Below, one piece after another: positions 5,474-14,369 of a stretch of 18,475 bases of DNA. Position 1 is the stretch's first letter, and the number at the start of each line of letters is the position of its first letter. The notes beneath the pieces were generated by a model. That model had not been told where the DNA came from, made no database searches, and saw only the letters and a list, made by a program, of their open reading frames with translations. Origin of the DNA: a virus (lineage: Duplodnaviria; Heunggongvirae; Uroviricota; Caudoviricetes); IMG/VR virus record IMGVR_UViG_3300022916_000894. One strand, written 5' to 3'. The translations under genes and the position numbers were made by a program.

Positions 5474-7123
5474 ATGGCTAAGAACATCGCTCAAATTTCT
5501 GGAAAGTCAGTTAGAGGGAACGCACATCAAATGGTTCAGGACGAACCGAATCAGGTAAAGAATAACGCTGGTGGATTCGTCTACCAAGTAAGTGATATCA
5601 ATCGTCTTCGTAGGTTCCTGACACTTGGAACTACAAACGGAAGTTACTACGTTACGGAGCGTAAGCTTTCTCGTAATAACGCCGATTTCCTTATCAGCTT
5701 CTTAGGTAAGGATCATGTGGCAGTTATTGACGAAGTTGTTAAGATGAGTCACGAAGGTCGTATCGCCAAGAACGACACTGCTATTTTTGTATTGGCTCTT
5801 GCAGCAGTTCATGAAAATGAAGCTGTTCGTAAGTATGCTTTGGCACATCTGAATGCTGTATGTCGTATCGGTACTCATTTGTTCACTTTCGCTTCCTTCG
5901 TTAAGGAAATGAAGGTAGGTACTGGTTGGGGCCGTGGTCTGCGTAAGGCTTTCGCAAATTGGTATAACGACAAGAGCGCGAGTTCTGTTGCTTATCAGAT
6001 TTGCAAGTACCAGTCTCGTTCCGTAGAAGGCGAATTGCCTTGGAGTCACCGTGATATTCTGCGTAAGGCTCATGTAACTCCTGCAACGAAGGCGCACGAC
6101 TTGGCTTTCTGTTATGCCACAAAGGGAGTTGAAGGGTTTGATAAGAGTTTCGACAACCTAAACGATTATGAGGACTTGCGTTACATCTATGGTCACGAAT
6201 TGATTAAGGGTGCAGAAAATGCTAAGATCGCTATTAGCATCATCAAGGAATATAAGCTTTCTCGTGAAAGTATTCCTACGCAGTTCATGAAGGAAAAGGC
6301 AGTATTGGATGAACTAGTAAATCATATGCCTATGACTGCTACGATTCGTAGTCTTGGTCCTTTGACCGCTGCTGGTACTCTGGTTTCTATGGGTGACAAG
6401 ACTCGTTTAGTGGTTGACAGACTTACAGACGAGGAAAATCTAAAGACTGCTCGTGTGCATCCTATCGCACTGCTTGCGGCTTTGCGTACCTACGAAAAGG
6501 GACATGGTTTCCGTGGTAATTTGTCTTGGAATCCTATCTCTCAAGTTAAGGACGCTTTGGAAGATGCTTTCTACAAGAGTTTCAACTATGTTGAATCTAC
6601 TGGTGCTAACTACATGCTTGGTATTGATGTAAGTGGTTCTATGACTTGGAGTGACATCTGTGGAATTCCTAACTTGCTACCAAGCGAAGGTGCGGCAGCA
6701 ATGGCTATGACGATTGCTCGTTCTGAAAAGAACTATGAGATTCGTGGTTTCTGTCATGAACTAGTAGATTTGAAGATTACTGCAAGAGACAGTTTGAACA
6801 GCGCTCTTAACAAGACTAGAAACTTGAGTTTCGGTGGAACCGACTGTGCGTTGCCTATGATTTGGGCACAGAAGAATAAGGTTCCTGTAGACGCTTTCGT
6901 TGTTATCACTGATAACGAAACTTGGCGTGGTGATGTTAAGCCTGCTAAGGCGTTGCGGAACTATCGTCAGGCTATGGGTATTGGTTCTAAGTTGATCGTG
7001 ATCGGAATGACTGCTACTGAGTTCACGGTTGCAGACCCGAATGATGGCGGAATGGTCGACATTGCCGGGTTCGATGCCAACTGCCCACGAATCATTAGCG
7101 ACTTTGTTCAGGGAAACCTCTAA
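5474..7123 (+). CDS. rsr: Ro60 / TROVE-domain RNA-binding protein (Rsr) with C-terminal vWA domain
   Basis: NQVKNNAGGFVYQVSDINRLRRFLTLGT (TROVE start), RIGTHLFTF, GWGRGLRKA..WY, KYQSR...WSHRDILR.AH, vWA MIDAS GIDVSGSM, GGTDCALPM and FVVITDNETW. 549 aa; AAGGGAG SD. Confidence 0.97.
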   Translation: MAKNIAQISGKSVRGNAHQMVQDEPNQVKNNAGGFVYQVSDINRLRRFLTLGTTNGSYYVTERKLSRNNADFLISFLGKDHVAVIDEVVKMSHEGRIAKNDTAIFVLALAAVHENEAVRKYALAHLNAVCRIGTHLFTFASFVKEMKVGTGWGRGLRKAFANWYNDKSASSVAYQICKYQSRSVEGELPWSHRDILRKAHVTPATKAHDLAFCYATKGVEGFDKSFDNLNDYEDLRYIYGHELIKGAENAKIAISIIKEYKLSRESIPTQFMKEKAVLDELVNHMPMTATIRSLGPLTAAGTLVSMGDKTRLVVDRLTDEENLKTARVHPIALLAALRTYEKGHGFRGNLSWNPISQVKDALEDAFYKSFNYVESTGANYMLGIDVSGSMTWSDICGIPNLLPSEGAAAMAMTIARSEKNYEIRGFCHELVDLKITARDSLNSALNKTRNLSFGGTDCALPMIWAQKNKVPVDAFVVITDNETWRGDVKPAKALRNYRQAMGIGSKLIVIGMTATEFTVADPNDGGMVDIAGFDANCPRIISDFVQGNL

Positions 7124-7172
7124 TATTCCGATAGATAAATACGACAAGTGTTGTCAGTCGTTATATTCATGC

Positions 7173-7208
7173 AAAAGAAAAGGTGACTATGTTGCCTTTT
7201 CTTTTTTT
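7173..7208 (+). terminator. Intrinsic terminator after ro60
   Basis: AAAAGAAAAGGTGAC-TAT-GTTGCCTTTTCTTTT stem with plus-strand G.U pairs, ending in a T-run. It may be bidirectional. Confidence 0.7.
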
Positions 7209-7218
7209 ATCTACGCTC

Positions 7219-7224
7219 TATAAT
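7219..7224 (+). promoter_or_regulatory. Putative -10 box for the downstream small-gene cluster
   Basis: TATAAT immediately after the terminator and 17 nt before ATG 7242. Confidence 0.5.
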
Positions 7225-7241
7225 GTACAGAGGACAAAGGC

Positions 7242-7454
7242 ATGAAGAAAAAGAAAAGCGATAAAACATACATTGTAATTGAAGGCGGATTCGAGTATGA
7301 TGAACATTGGGACATTCCATCACCACACATCCTTCATTTAACAGCAGAAGAAATCAAAAAAAAATATAAAGGATATGAATTAGAGAATATGGTCATTATT
7401 GATGGTGAAGTTATGAAAGGCTATGGTTTGACTTCTTTACCCAAATTGAAATAA
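7242..7454 (+). CDS. Hypothetical protein (70 aa)
   Basis: ORF track; AGAGGA SD; follows the promoter. Confidence 0.7.
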   Translation: MKKKKSDKTYIVIEGGFEYDEHWDIPSPHILHLTAEEIKKKYKGYELENMVIIDGEVMKGYGLTSLPKLK

Positions 7455-7464
7455 AGGAAATAAT

Positions 7465-7677
7465 ATGGAAGATACAATACGAGTACGAATAGCGGTAGGA
7501 ATAAACAGGAACGGAGAATGGGCTGCGTATGGAAGTAGCTCATCTGATGACGACGACGCGGCATTCACCGTCGTTGAAGGATGGGGATATAACACTCCTC
7601 GTTTCGTCGAGGCCGACATTCCCCTTCCCGTCGCAGAGACAGTAGAAGGCGAGATAATACAATCTGAGGAAAAATAA
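7465..7677 (+). CDS. Hypothetical acidic protein (70 aa)
   Basis: ORF track; AAGGA SD; tight packing. Confidence 0.7.
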   Translation: MEDTIRVRIAVGINRNGEWAAYGSSSSDDDDAAFTVVEGWGYNTPRFVEADIPLPVAETVEGEIIQSEEK

Positions 7678-7678
7678 C

Positions 7679-7858
7679 ATGCATAAAAATATTGGAAATG
7701 ATGAACGAAACATTTCGTTTGATATATCTCAATCAGGAGAAATGGTTACAACGATGTACGTGAAACAATTCGGTAGAAATAAATATGATCATTTATCGAT
7801 TCGTTTAACTAAAGACGAAGTAAAAGAGTTTAAGAAATTCTTTGTTGAAACTAAATAA
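7679..7858 (+). CDS. Hypothetical protein (59 aa)
   Basis: Manual translation MHKNIGNDERNISFDISQSGEMVTTMYVKQFGRNKYDHLSIRLTKDEVKEFKKFFVETK*. Starts 1 nt after the previous stop, with GAGGA upstream. Confidence 0.65.
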   Translation: MHKNIGNDERNISFDISQSGEMVTTMYVKQFGRNKYDHLSIRLTKDEVKEFKKFFVETK

Positions 7859-7868
7859 GGAAACAATC

Positions 7869-8330
7869 TTGGTAGAACTAAAAGACTTTTTGGAATTAAT
7901 CAGTAATAATTTGGACGAAAAAGAATATTCACCAGAAAAGAAAGAACGCATCCTTTCTGTAATCAAAAATATGTATGAAAAAGATATTCTATTCAAAGAA
8001 CCTGAACCCCCGGATTATACAAAACAAAAACCATTGTCACGAGAAGATCGTGTCAGTAATTGGATGGAATACTATCGCGGAGTTGAAGCATCTACTGGTG
8101 AGTATGTTTTTGAACAAACAGGCACAACAGAAGAACGTCATGAATTTGGTAGGACAGAGTTGCATAGAGCAGTTTATGTGTGCGATTTGGAGAAAATAAA
8201 AGAATTGGTTAAAAAAGGAATAGATACAACCGTAAAAGATAACAGCGGTTTCACCGCATATATGCAAGCATTACTTGATGACAAACAAGAAGCAATTAAT
8301 CTGTTCCAAGAACTAGGTGTTAATTCATAA
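7869..8330 (+). CDS. Ankyrin-repeat-containing protein
   Basis: C-terminal GRTELHRAV...DLEKIKELVKKGIDTTVKDNSGFTAYMQA fits the ankyrin consensus (about 2 repeats). TTG start chosen at 7869 (AAGGA SD); the track gives 7842. Confidence 0.75.
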   Translation: MVELKDFLELISNNLDEKEYSPEKKERILSVIKNMYEKDILFKEPEPPDYTKQKPLSREDRVSNWMEYYRGVEASTGEYVFEQTGTTEERHEFGRTELHRAVYVCDLEKIKELVKKGIDTTVKDNSGFTAYMQALLDDKQEAINLFQELGVNS

Positions 8331-8340
8331 GGAGAAATTG

Positions 8341-9240
8341 ATGGCAGAAAAGAAGTTAATAGGAGTCTATCTAGCAGAGGCTAACAAAGATAATAAATGG
8401 CATCCGACTCTCAAGAAATCATTTTGTTCATTAGACTCAACGAAAAAATGTCCATATTTGGCCAGGGGCGAATGCATCCGTCCTTTGATCCTAGTATTTG
8501 GAGCGAAATGCCCATATATTAGTTCTTCAGATTTAAGAGGGCCAAGTCGAAGAGCAAAATCATATTATAATTTTTTATCAGATGCACGAGACGAAGTAAA
8601 TGCCGGTCCGAAAATGCCAAATGCATATGGCAAAAAACATGTTTCAGAAATCGGAGATTACATCTTTTTCCCATATTCCTATGCAACTGTATGTAAAGAA
8701 GTACCATTTCTTAGCCACTCAGGTTTTATGGTAAGCGGTACTCCGTTTTTGAAAAAAGAACATTTTACACCAGAAGCCATTGTGACACTAACAAAATTCG
8801 TCCCACGTACCCAACTTACATTCGAAGAAATTAGAGGATATCAGAGAGACATAGTTCCGTTATTCTTATTCCATCTGAAATACATGATGCCCGGTCTGTA
8901 CAACAAGGCAACTAAACTTGATAACACCATAAAAGAAAAAACTCCATCATTGGATACGGTAAAAAAGGTAAATGTCACATTGACGATCATCCCAAAAGAT
9001 ATAATTGATGGATATACTGTGGGTAAATCATTTGTGCCGCTTTCTTGGGACGGAGAATGGATAGAAATAGCTGGTGATCCTGGGTTTACTGTTTTATCTG
9101 GTTATAAAGGAACTGACTTCCGTACCAAATTCAAACCAGATAAAAAAGGGACAAAAGTAGTCATTACTGACACAGCGTTAATCAAGAAAATTATCAAAAA
9201 ATGTGTAAGATTTATAGATAAAGAATCTTTTGAAAATTAA
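8341..9240 (+). CDS. Hypothetical protein (299 aa) with Cys-containing N-terminus
   Basis: ORF track 8317..9240; ATG 8341 follows AAGGAG. No family recognised. Confidence 0.75.
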   Translation: MAEKKLIGVYLAEANKDNKWHPTLKKSFCSLDSTKKCPYLARGECIRPLILVFGAKCPYISSSDLRGPSRRAKSYYNFLSDARDEVNAGPKMPNAYGKKHVSEIGDYIFFPYSYATVCKEVPFLSHSGFMVSGTPFLKKEHFTPEAIVTLTKFVPRTQLTFEEIRGYQRDIVPLFLFHLKYMMPGLYNKATKLDNTIKEKTPSLDTVKKVNVTLTIIPKDIIDGYTVGKSFVPLSWDGEWIEIAGDPGFTVLSGYKGTDFRTKFKPDKKGTKVVITDTALIKKIIKKCVRFIDKESFEN

Positions 9241-9434
9241 CCACACCAATAATCTTCACCAACAATCGGTGTGATTTTCTCAGAACCGTTCAAGAATGTG
9301 TCTAACTCCTGTAGGGCGACAGTATCGCTGGTCGCTCCTAAAATAATCTCTTTAATGTGTTTGTTAAGATGTGGAGCGTGTCTACGAAATGAAATGCCAT
9401 CTGAATCAATGATTAATTTGATTTTACCATCCAT
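9237..9434 (-). CDS. Hypothetical protein (65 aa)
   Basis: ORF track; stop/start overlap with the upstream gene at 9434; last gene of the minus-strand block. Confidence 0.6.
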   Translation of the reverse strand: MDGKIKLIIDSDGISFRRHAPHLNKHIKEIILGATSDTVALQELDTFLNGSEKITPIVGEDYWCG

Positions 9435-9667
9435 TATATAAATTCGATACTACCTGATTCTAAATCTTTCTTTAATGTTTCAATTTCAAGTAATTCTTCA
9501 TCGCCGCAATCGGTTGAAATTACTCTACGCCATTCACAAGAACTGTCTACTACTTCTTCTACAACTTTCCAGATATGACCATCACAGTTATACTGAGTGC
9601 CTTTAGGAAACTCCGACTTCGGCCTCGTCTCTTTCACTTGTCCCGTTACTATTCTTTTCTTGAACAT
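9434..9667 (-). CDS. Hypothetical protein (77 aa)
   Basis: ORF track 9434..9694; ATG 9667 with GAGAGGG upstream is preferred. It overlaps the dnaJ tail. Confidence 0.65.
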   Translation of the reverse strand: MFKKRIVTGQVKETRPKSEFPKGTQYNCDGHIWKVVEEVVDSSCEWRRVISTDCGDEELLEIETLKKDLESGSIEFI

Positions 9668-10748
9668 TTCTAACCCTCTCAATGTATTCTTCAATCTTTT
9701 CTATTCTTTTATCGGCCTTTTTGTCCTCTATATTTCTAATTTTTTCAAATAAAGCTTTTTCTTTATCCGTCAAATTTTCTGGGACAATGATATTTAAACC
9801 CACTACCATATTGCCTTTTGCTGTTGCATGTCCTCGTATTGGCATACCATAATCAGATTTTTTAACCATAGTGCCAGCAACTGATCCGGCTGGTATTTCT
9901 ACCTTGATAATATTATCATAGACAGTTGGCAATTCTACTTCGCTGCCTAATACCGCTTGAGATATTGTGATTGGCAATTTAAGGAAAACATCGTCTCCAT
10001 ATCTTTCAAATATTTCATGAGGTTGCTCTACAGCTATAACATAGATATCCCCATTCGGTCCACCATTTTTTCCGCAATTTCCCTCGCCTTGCATAGCGAT
10101 AACTTGATTTTGATGGATACCTCTTGGTATCTTTACAGAGAACGTGCGTTCCTTTTCGACACTTGCGGTTCCTTTACATTCAGGACACACATCATCTTTA
10201 TCGATATATTTACCAGTCCCATTACATTTATAACAAATAGTCTCTCGTATCATCTGCATACCGTCCTTATGCGTAGATACTTCCCTTATTCGACCTTGAC
10301 CCCTGCAATCATTACATTCGTGCTTAGAAGCCCCTTCCTTAAGCCCAGGATGCTCTTTACAGACGGCACATTCCTCTTGACGAGTGACTGTAATATCTTT
10401 GATTAAATCCTTAGTGATTATCTCTTTATAAGTAAGAGGCATAGGGAATTTGATATGATTACCCTGCTGTGGAAAATCCATTGTACCTCCACCATATGCT
10501 CCTCGATGGAAATTCATGAATATATCATTAAGATTTACTCCGTTGGCATCACCAAGGTCATAATTGCGTCTTTTATCAGAATCAGATAAGACTTCGTATG
10601 CCTCTGTAATTTCTTTGAATTTTTCTTCTGAGCCATCTTCTTTTGATACATCAGGATGATATTGTTTAGCCAATTTTCTATAGGCCGACTTAATTTCGTC
10701 TCCTTCAGCATCTTTCTCAACACCTAAAATTGAATAATAGTCTTTCAT
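9603..10748 (-). CDS. dnaJ: DnaJ (Hsp40) type I co-chaperone
   Basis: J domain MKDYYSILGV...YRKLAKQYHPD...EAYEVLSD. Four CxxC repeats (CAVC, CNDCRGQG, CYKCNGTG, CPECKGT). C-terminal GGPNGDIYV...F.R.GDD..L...AVLG domain. Confidence 0.97.
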   Translation of the reverse strand: MKDYYSILGVEKDAEGDEIKSAYRKLAKQYHPDVSKEDGSEEKFKEITEAYEVLSDSDKRRNYDLGDANGVNLNDIFMNFHRGAYGGGTMDFPQQGNHIKFPMPLTYKEIITKDLIKDITVTRQEECAVCKEHPGLKEGASKHECNDCRGQGRIREVSTHKDGMQMIRETICYKCNGTGKYIDKDDVCPECKGTASVEKERTFSVKIPRGIHQNQVIAMQGEGNCGKNGGPNGDIYVIAVEQPHEIFERYGDDVFLKLPITISQAVLGSEVELPTVYDNIIKVEIPAGSVAGTMVKKSDYGMPIRGHATAKGNMVVGLNIIVPENLTDKEKALFEKIRNIEDKKADKRIEKIEEYIERVRNVQEKNSNGTSERDEAEVGVS

Positions 10749-10966
10749 CTTGTTTCCCTATCAATTGTTTTCTTTATTTTCTTTTTAACTGACTTTTTAT
10801 GCCAACCTGATTTCTTTTTAACTTTTATTTCTTTTCCATAGGCTTTAATGAGATCATCAATAGCCCCTGAACAGTCGCCCCCGTCCCACCCGATTTGTTC
10901 TATTTCAACTATGCCTGTTTTGGGGTCCAAAACTACCTTTAATTTCTTTCGTTGCTTAGACATCAA
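10745..10966 (-). CDS. DUF2997-like small protein
   Basis: LKVVLDPKTGIVEIEQIGWDGGDCSGAIDDLIKAYG resembles the recalled DUF2997 pattern (I..DG.V...V.G..G..C...T..LE..LG). Confidence 0.55.
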   Translation of the reverse strand: MMSKQRKKLKVVLDPKTGIVEIEQIGWDGGDCSGAIDDLIKAYGKEIKVKKKSGWHKKSVKKKIKKTIDRETR

Positions 10967-11229
10967 ATCATGAAGTCCTCTCCCATAGTTTCAGGCCATA
11001 CTGTTTCTTCTTTCCCAGTAATAATATCAATTAATTTAACTAAATGCTTTTTAGTGTTTTCCCAATCAGTGTCAACAGACTCAGCGTGTTCGGCAATAGC
11101 ATCCAATTGCGGTTGTGTGCCTTCTGCGATAAATTCTTCGATGGAATTACTTACGCTTAATAAATCTTGTATACAAATCAAGATTTCTCTGTTTATTTTA
11201 TCGAATTGATAATCTTTCTCTCCCATCAA
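10963..11229 (-). CDS. Hypothetical acidic protein (88 aa)
   Basis: ORF track; 4-nt ATGA overlaps on both sides. Confidence 0.75.
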   Translation of the reverse strand: MMGEKDYQFDKINREILICIQDLLSVSNSIEEFIAEGTQPQLDAIAEHAESVDTDWENTKKHLVKLIDIITGKEETVWPETMGEDFMI

Positions 11230-12362
11230 TCCATTCTCCTCAATTGAGCCAATTCATTATAGCTAAAAGGACTCTTTGTTAATGTCATGAAAAAATTATC
11301 TAAAAGCAACAGTATTTCTGCGTCGTCTTGGCTGAATCTCATCTTAATCATACATTCTTCAAGAGTTTTTATAGCTTTGAATATATCTTCTCTCTTATAT
11401 TTTCGGATAGATGGCGTATTCCCATAAAATCCATTTACACATGCATTTAATACGAAACTAGAATAAGGCGATTTTGTTTTACCGTCCGCAGTCAAATCAG
11501 GTGTGAAATTCATAAATGGGCCTTTGCCTTTTCTGGTCAATTTCGGCAATTCATTTTGAATCTCAGTCGTTATATCATTTAGTGTCTTTTTTCTTGCTAT
11601 CGATTCTTTGACAAACCACAACATCCTAAATCTCCAAGAACATAAAGCGAAAATGGTTTCAGCTACATTCTTGATCTTATCAGTACAACAGGCTGAATAC
11701 AACATCGAAGAACACGCCACAAAATCCTTATCATCCAATGCGTTGAAAATCCCCTGCACAAACAATCTATTGTACTTGTCAGAAGCCTTAATAACAGATT
11801 CCTTAGTCACCTTCTTGCTTTTGCCAAGATAATCACATATCTTCTTGACACAGACGTACATCTTATCTACATTTACTCCCTTGTCCTCTTGACCGATAGA
11901 CTCAACTATAAACATGATATCTTCACTAGATATTTCTTTGTCTTGTTCTTTGAAACGATTGCCAACCCAATTCGATGCGTCACGAGGCTTAAGAAACTGA
12001 TCGAACTCTTTTACCTTTCCTATCTTCTTTACTGCTTTGCATAATGCTGGTGTTTTCTTTGTAGACACCCCATCAATAATGACAAAACAATTCTCAGGAA
12101 TTTCATTAAACATCGCCAATAATCTCTTTTTGTTCGCAGCATGAGATTTGCCGAAATCAGGAATTGCTTTTAAGATGATGATCTTATTGTCATCGAATAA
12201 AGAAGGCTCTGTAATTTGTGAATAGATATATTCTGCCGAATCAGATTCGTCGTATATACTCAAAGCATAGTCGTTTACACTTTCTTTGATCTTAGCAACG
12301 ATATTCTGACGCATGTAGTAACTACCACTCAGCCAAAACAATCTATTAGTTTTTTCAGACAT
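11226..12362 (-). CDS. holA: DNA polymerase III delta subunit-like clamp-loader protein
   Basis: LFWLSGSYY..., EPSLFDDNKIIILK, W+..RFKEQDKEIS..DI.FIVESIG and +FVQGIFNAL...D match the HolA layout. It is adjacent to the dnaN-like gene. Confidence 0.8.
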   Translation of the reverse strand: MSEKTNRLFWLSGSYYMRQNIVAKIKESVNDYALSIYDESDSAEYIYSQITEPSLFDDNKIIILKAIPDFGKSHAANKKRLLAMFNEIPENCFVIIDGVSTKKTPALCKAVKKIGKVKEFDQFLKPRDASNWVGNRFKEQDKEISSEDIMFIVESIGQEDKGVNVDKMYVCVKKICDYLGKSKKVTKESVIKASDKYNRLFVQGIFNALDDKDFVACSSMLYSACCTDKIKNVAETIFALCSWRFRMLWFVKESIARKKTLNDITTEIQNELPKLTRKGKGPFMNFTPDLTADGKTKSPYSSFVLNACVNGFYGNTPSIRKYKREDIFKAIKTLEECMIKMRFSQDDAEILLLLDNFFMTLTKSPFSYNELAQLRRMD

Positions 12363-12365
12363 AAA

Positions 12366-13655
12366 TTAAGCCGAATACGTAGCAAAGAAAATGGCCATTT
12401 TTTCAGTCAAACCTGTGGCCGTATCTTTCTTCTCAATAGTATCCCTTTCTGCAACGTTCTTATTCGCATGATAGTGGAATACTACAGGCTTTTTGGGGCC
12501 AATCATTTCCATCTGAACATAACTACCCTCTTCTCCAACTGTAGGTATTTCTCTTAGATAAGATGAAACACAGTTAAAGGAAGGTAGAGTAGATTCTTTC
12601 GTATCCAATTCTACGACAGGAACCTTACGATTAGAACGCATCATTTCATTTGTCTTGATATCGATTTCTTTTTTGGCGACATCTACATCAATAACAGCCT
12701 TGTGTGCCCGTCTTTCTTTCTTGACTTGATCATTGAAAGTGGCCGTAGTTCCTTTTGCTGCATACGCCCAATCATCAATCCTAGTCACCATCTTTGTAGT
12801 ATAATCCATATCAAGGATTACGTTTTCATCTATCCACTTAATAGTAGGATCAGAACCTATCAATATAATCTCGTGGGGACTACATTCGATAACAACTTGG
12901 AAAGCCGAAGAAGTAGCGTCTTTCGATTCTTTGATAGTCACAGTTTGTGATTTCAGTGCATGTAAAATCTTAGAAAACACTGCGATATGAGACTTATGAA
13001 GAAGAACTGACGATTCCTTCGGTGTAGACTTCACAACATCCTTGCCGCTGATATCAAGCACGATATGCCTTGTGCCTGTGCCTGCTGCGAATTTAATATT
13101 ATCTTCAGCAGTTCTCAAAGAGGCATACAAATATGTTTGCTTTGTACCCTCAAAGCCAATGGCAAAAGCGACTTTTTCAAGACCATATAACAATAGTTCC
13201 CTATTGAGTTCTAATGTCTTAGAAAAAGCATCCGACTTTGCTGGTAAATTCACAGAGTTGTCATAACAAGGAAGGGTCTGGAACTGGTCAGTATCAGAAG
13301 CCATTGTTATTGACAATTCTTTTGTCGCCTTACCATCTTTCGATCCGTCTTTCAATTCGAAAATGACTTCTTCATCTATAGCAAAAGAGTTCAACACGGT
13401 CATCAGGTCTTTTGCATTAACTGTAGCTATTCCTTCTTCTTCAAACTTATATCCAAGAGAATCTACAACCAGATCAGAGAATGTTGTTTTGACACTCATC
13501 AAACCGCCAAAGGCAGACGCTTCTATTTCATCTACACACGATTTGATATTGATCTTGTCGGCACCAGAGAAATTCTTTTCTGCACCACGAGTTGCCGCTT
13601 CTACTGCTGCTGATACTCCATGAATAAAACCTTCTACTATTACGTTAAATTTCAT
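12366..13655 (-). CDS. dnaN: DNA polymerase III beta sliding-clamp-like protein (429 aa)
   Basis: MKFNV..., EEGIATVNAKDLMTVLNS, FQTLP, RELLLYGLEKVAFAIG, AAGTGTRH (cf. ATDGHRL) and C-terminal VQMEMIGPKKPVVF fit the beta-clamp three-domain pattern. Context with holA and dnaX supports this. Confidence 0.75.
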   Translation of the reverse strand: MKFNVIVEGFIHGVSAAVEAATRGAEKNFSGADKINIKSCVDEIEASAFGGLMSVKTTFSDLVVDSLGYKFEEEGIATVNAKDLMTVLNSFAIDEEVIFELKDGSKDGKATKELSITMASDTDQFQTLPCYDNSVNLPAKSDAFSKTLELNRELLLYGLEKVAFAIGFEGTKQTYLYASLRTAEDNIKFAAGTGTRHIVLDISGKDVVKSTPKESSVLLHKSHIAVFSKILHALKSQTVTIKESKDATSSAFQVVIECSPHEIILIGSDPTIKWIDENVILDMDYTTKMVTRIDDWAYAAKGTTATFNDQVKKERRAHKAVIDVDVAKKEIDIKTNEMMRSNRKVPVVELDTKESTLPSFNCVSSYLREIPTVGEEGSYVQMEMIGPKKPVVFHYHANKNVAERDTIEKKDTATGLTEKMAIFFATYSA

Positions 13656-13657
13656 TT

Positions 13658-14314
13658 TTAGTTCCTCTCTAAACTTTCTAAAATTGTCTTACCATTACAT
13701 TTGAATATGTAATTAACATCAACTTTCAATATGCATTCTGGCAACCCAATTACATCAACTAATTTGTGTTTTCTAGCTTCATTAGGTGTTAGATACCATT
13801 CAGCATGTCCTTTTTTATGTATAATATCAAGAAAATAATTTTGGTCTTTATGTCCACACGCCTTAGAAATCATTCTGAATATTTTCTTATTAAGTCTATC
13901 AGCTTCTTTAGTGTCTGATTTCATTTCTTCGATTTTACCAAAAGCCCAAGAACTCACATCATGTAACATAAGAGTAGCATGTTGTGCCATAAATCTATAT
14001 CCTGGAGTTCCCATTGCAAACAATATAGCACCAGCACTCATTGCTTTTCCTTCAACAATTGTCGCTACTGGTTTTGATGCATTTTCTAAAATAGAGATCA
14101 TTGCGTTAAGCCCGTAAACCGCGCCACCATACGAATCTATAACAATTGGAATGATAGGCTGTGAGGTTTGATGTGCTTTAGACATATTTTCTGCAAAATC
14201 TTTTACAGAATCTTCTTTGAATTCCTTTACACGTACCACAATAGGCATTTCAAGGGATTCGAGTACGCTTTTTTTAGTGAACAATACAGGGTCTAACTCA
14301 TAACAACTCTTCAT
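13658..14314 (-). CDS. clpP: ClpP-family protease subunit
   Basis: IVIDSYGGAV (cf. INSPGG), GKAMSAGAILF (catalytic Ser), LMLHD (His) and WYLTPNEA...LVD. ATG 14314 follows AAAGGAG. Confidence 0.9.
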   Translation of the reverse strand: MKSCYELDPVLFTKKSVLESLEMPIVVRVKEFKEDSVKDFAENMSKAHQTSQPIIPIVIDSYGGAVYGLNAMISILENASKPVATIVEGKAMSAGAILFAMGTPGYRFMAQHATLMLHDVSSWAFGKIEEMKSDTKEADRLNKKIFRMISKACGHKDQNYFLDIIHKKGHAEWYLTPNEARKHKLVDVIGLPECILKVDVNYIFKCNGKTILESLERN

Positions 14315-14369
14315 GGCCACTCCTTTCAAAAGTATTTTCTACCATGTTAACGACCATTACTAGCACCAT

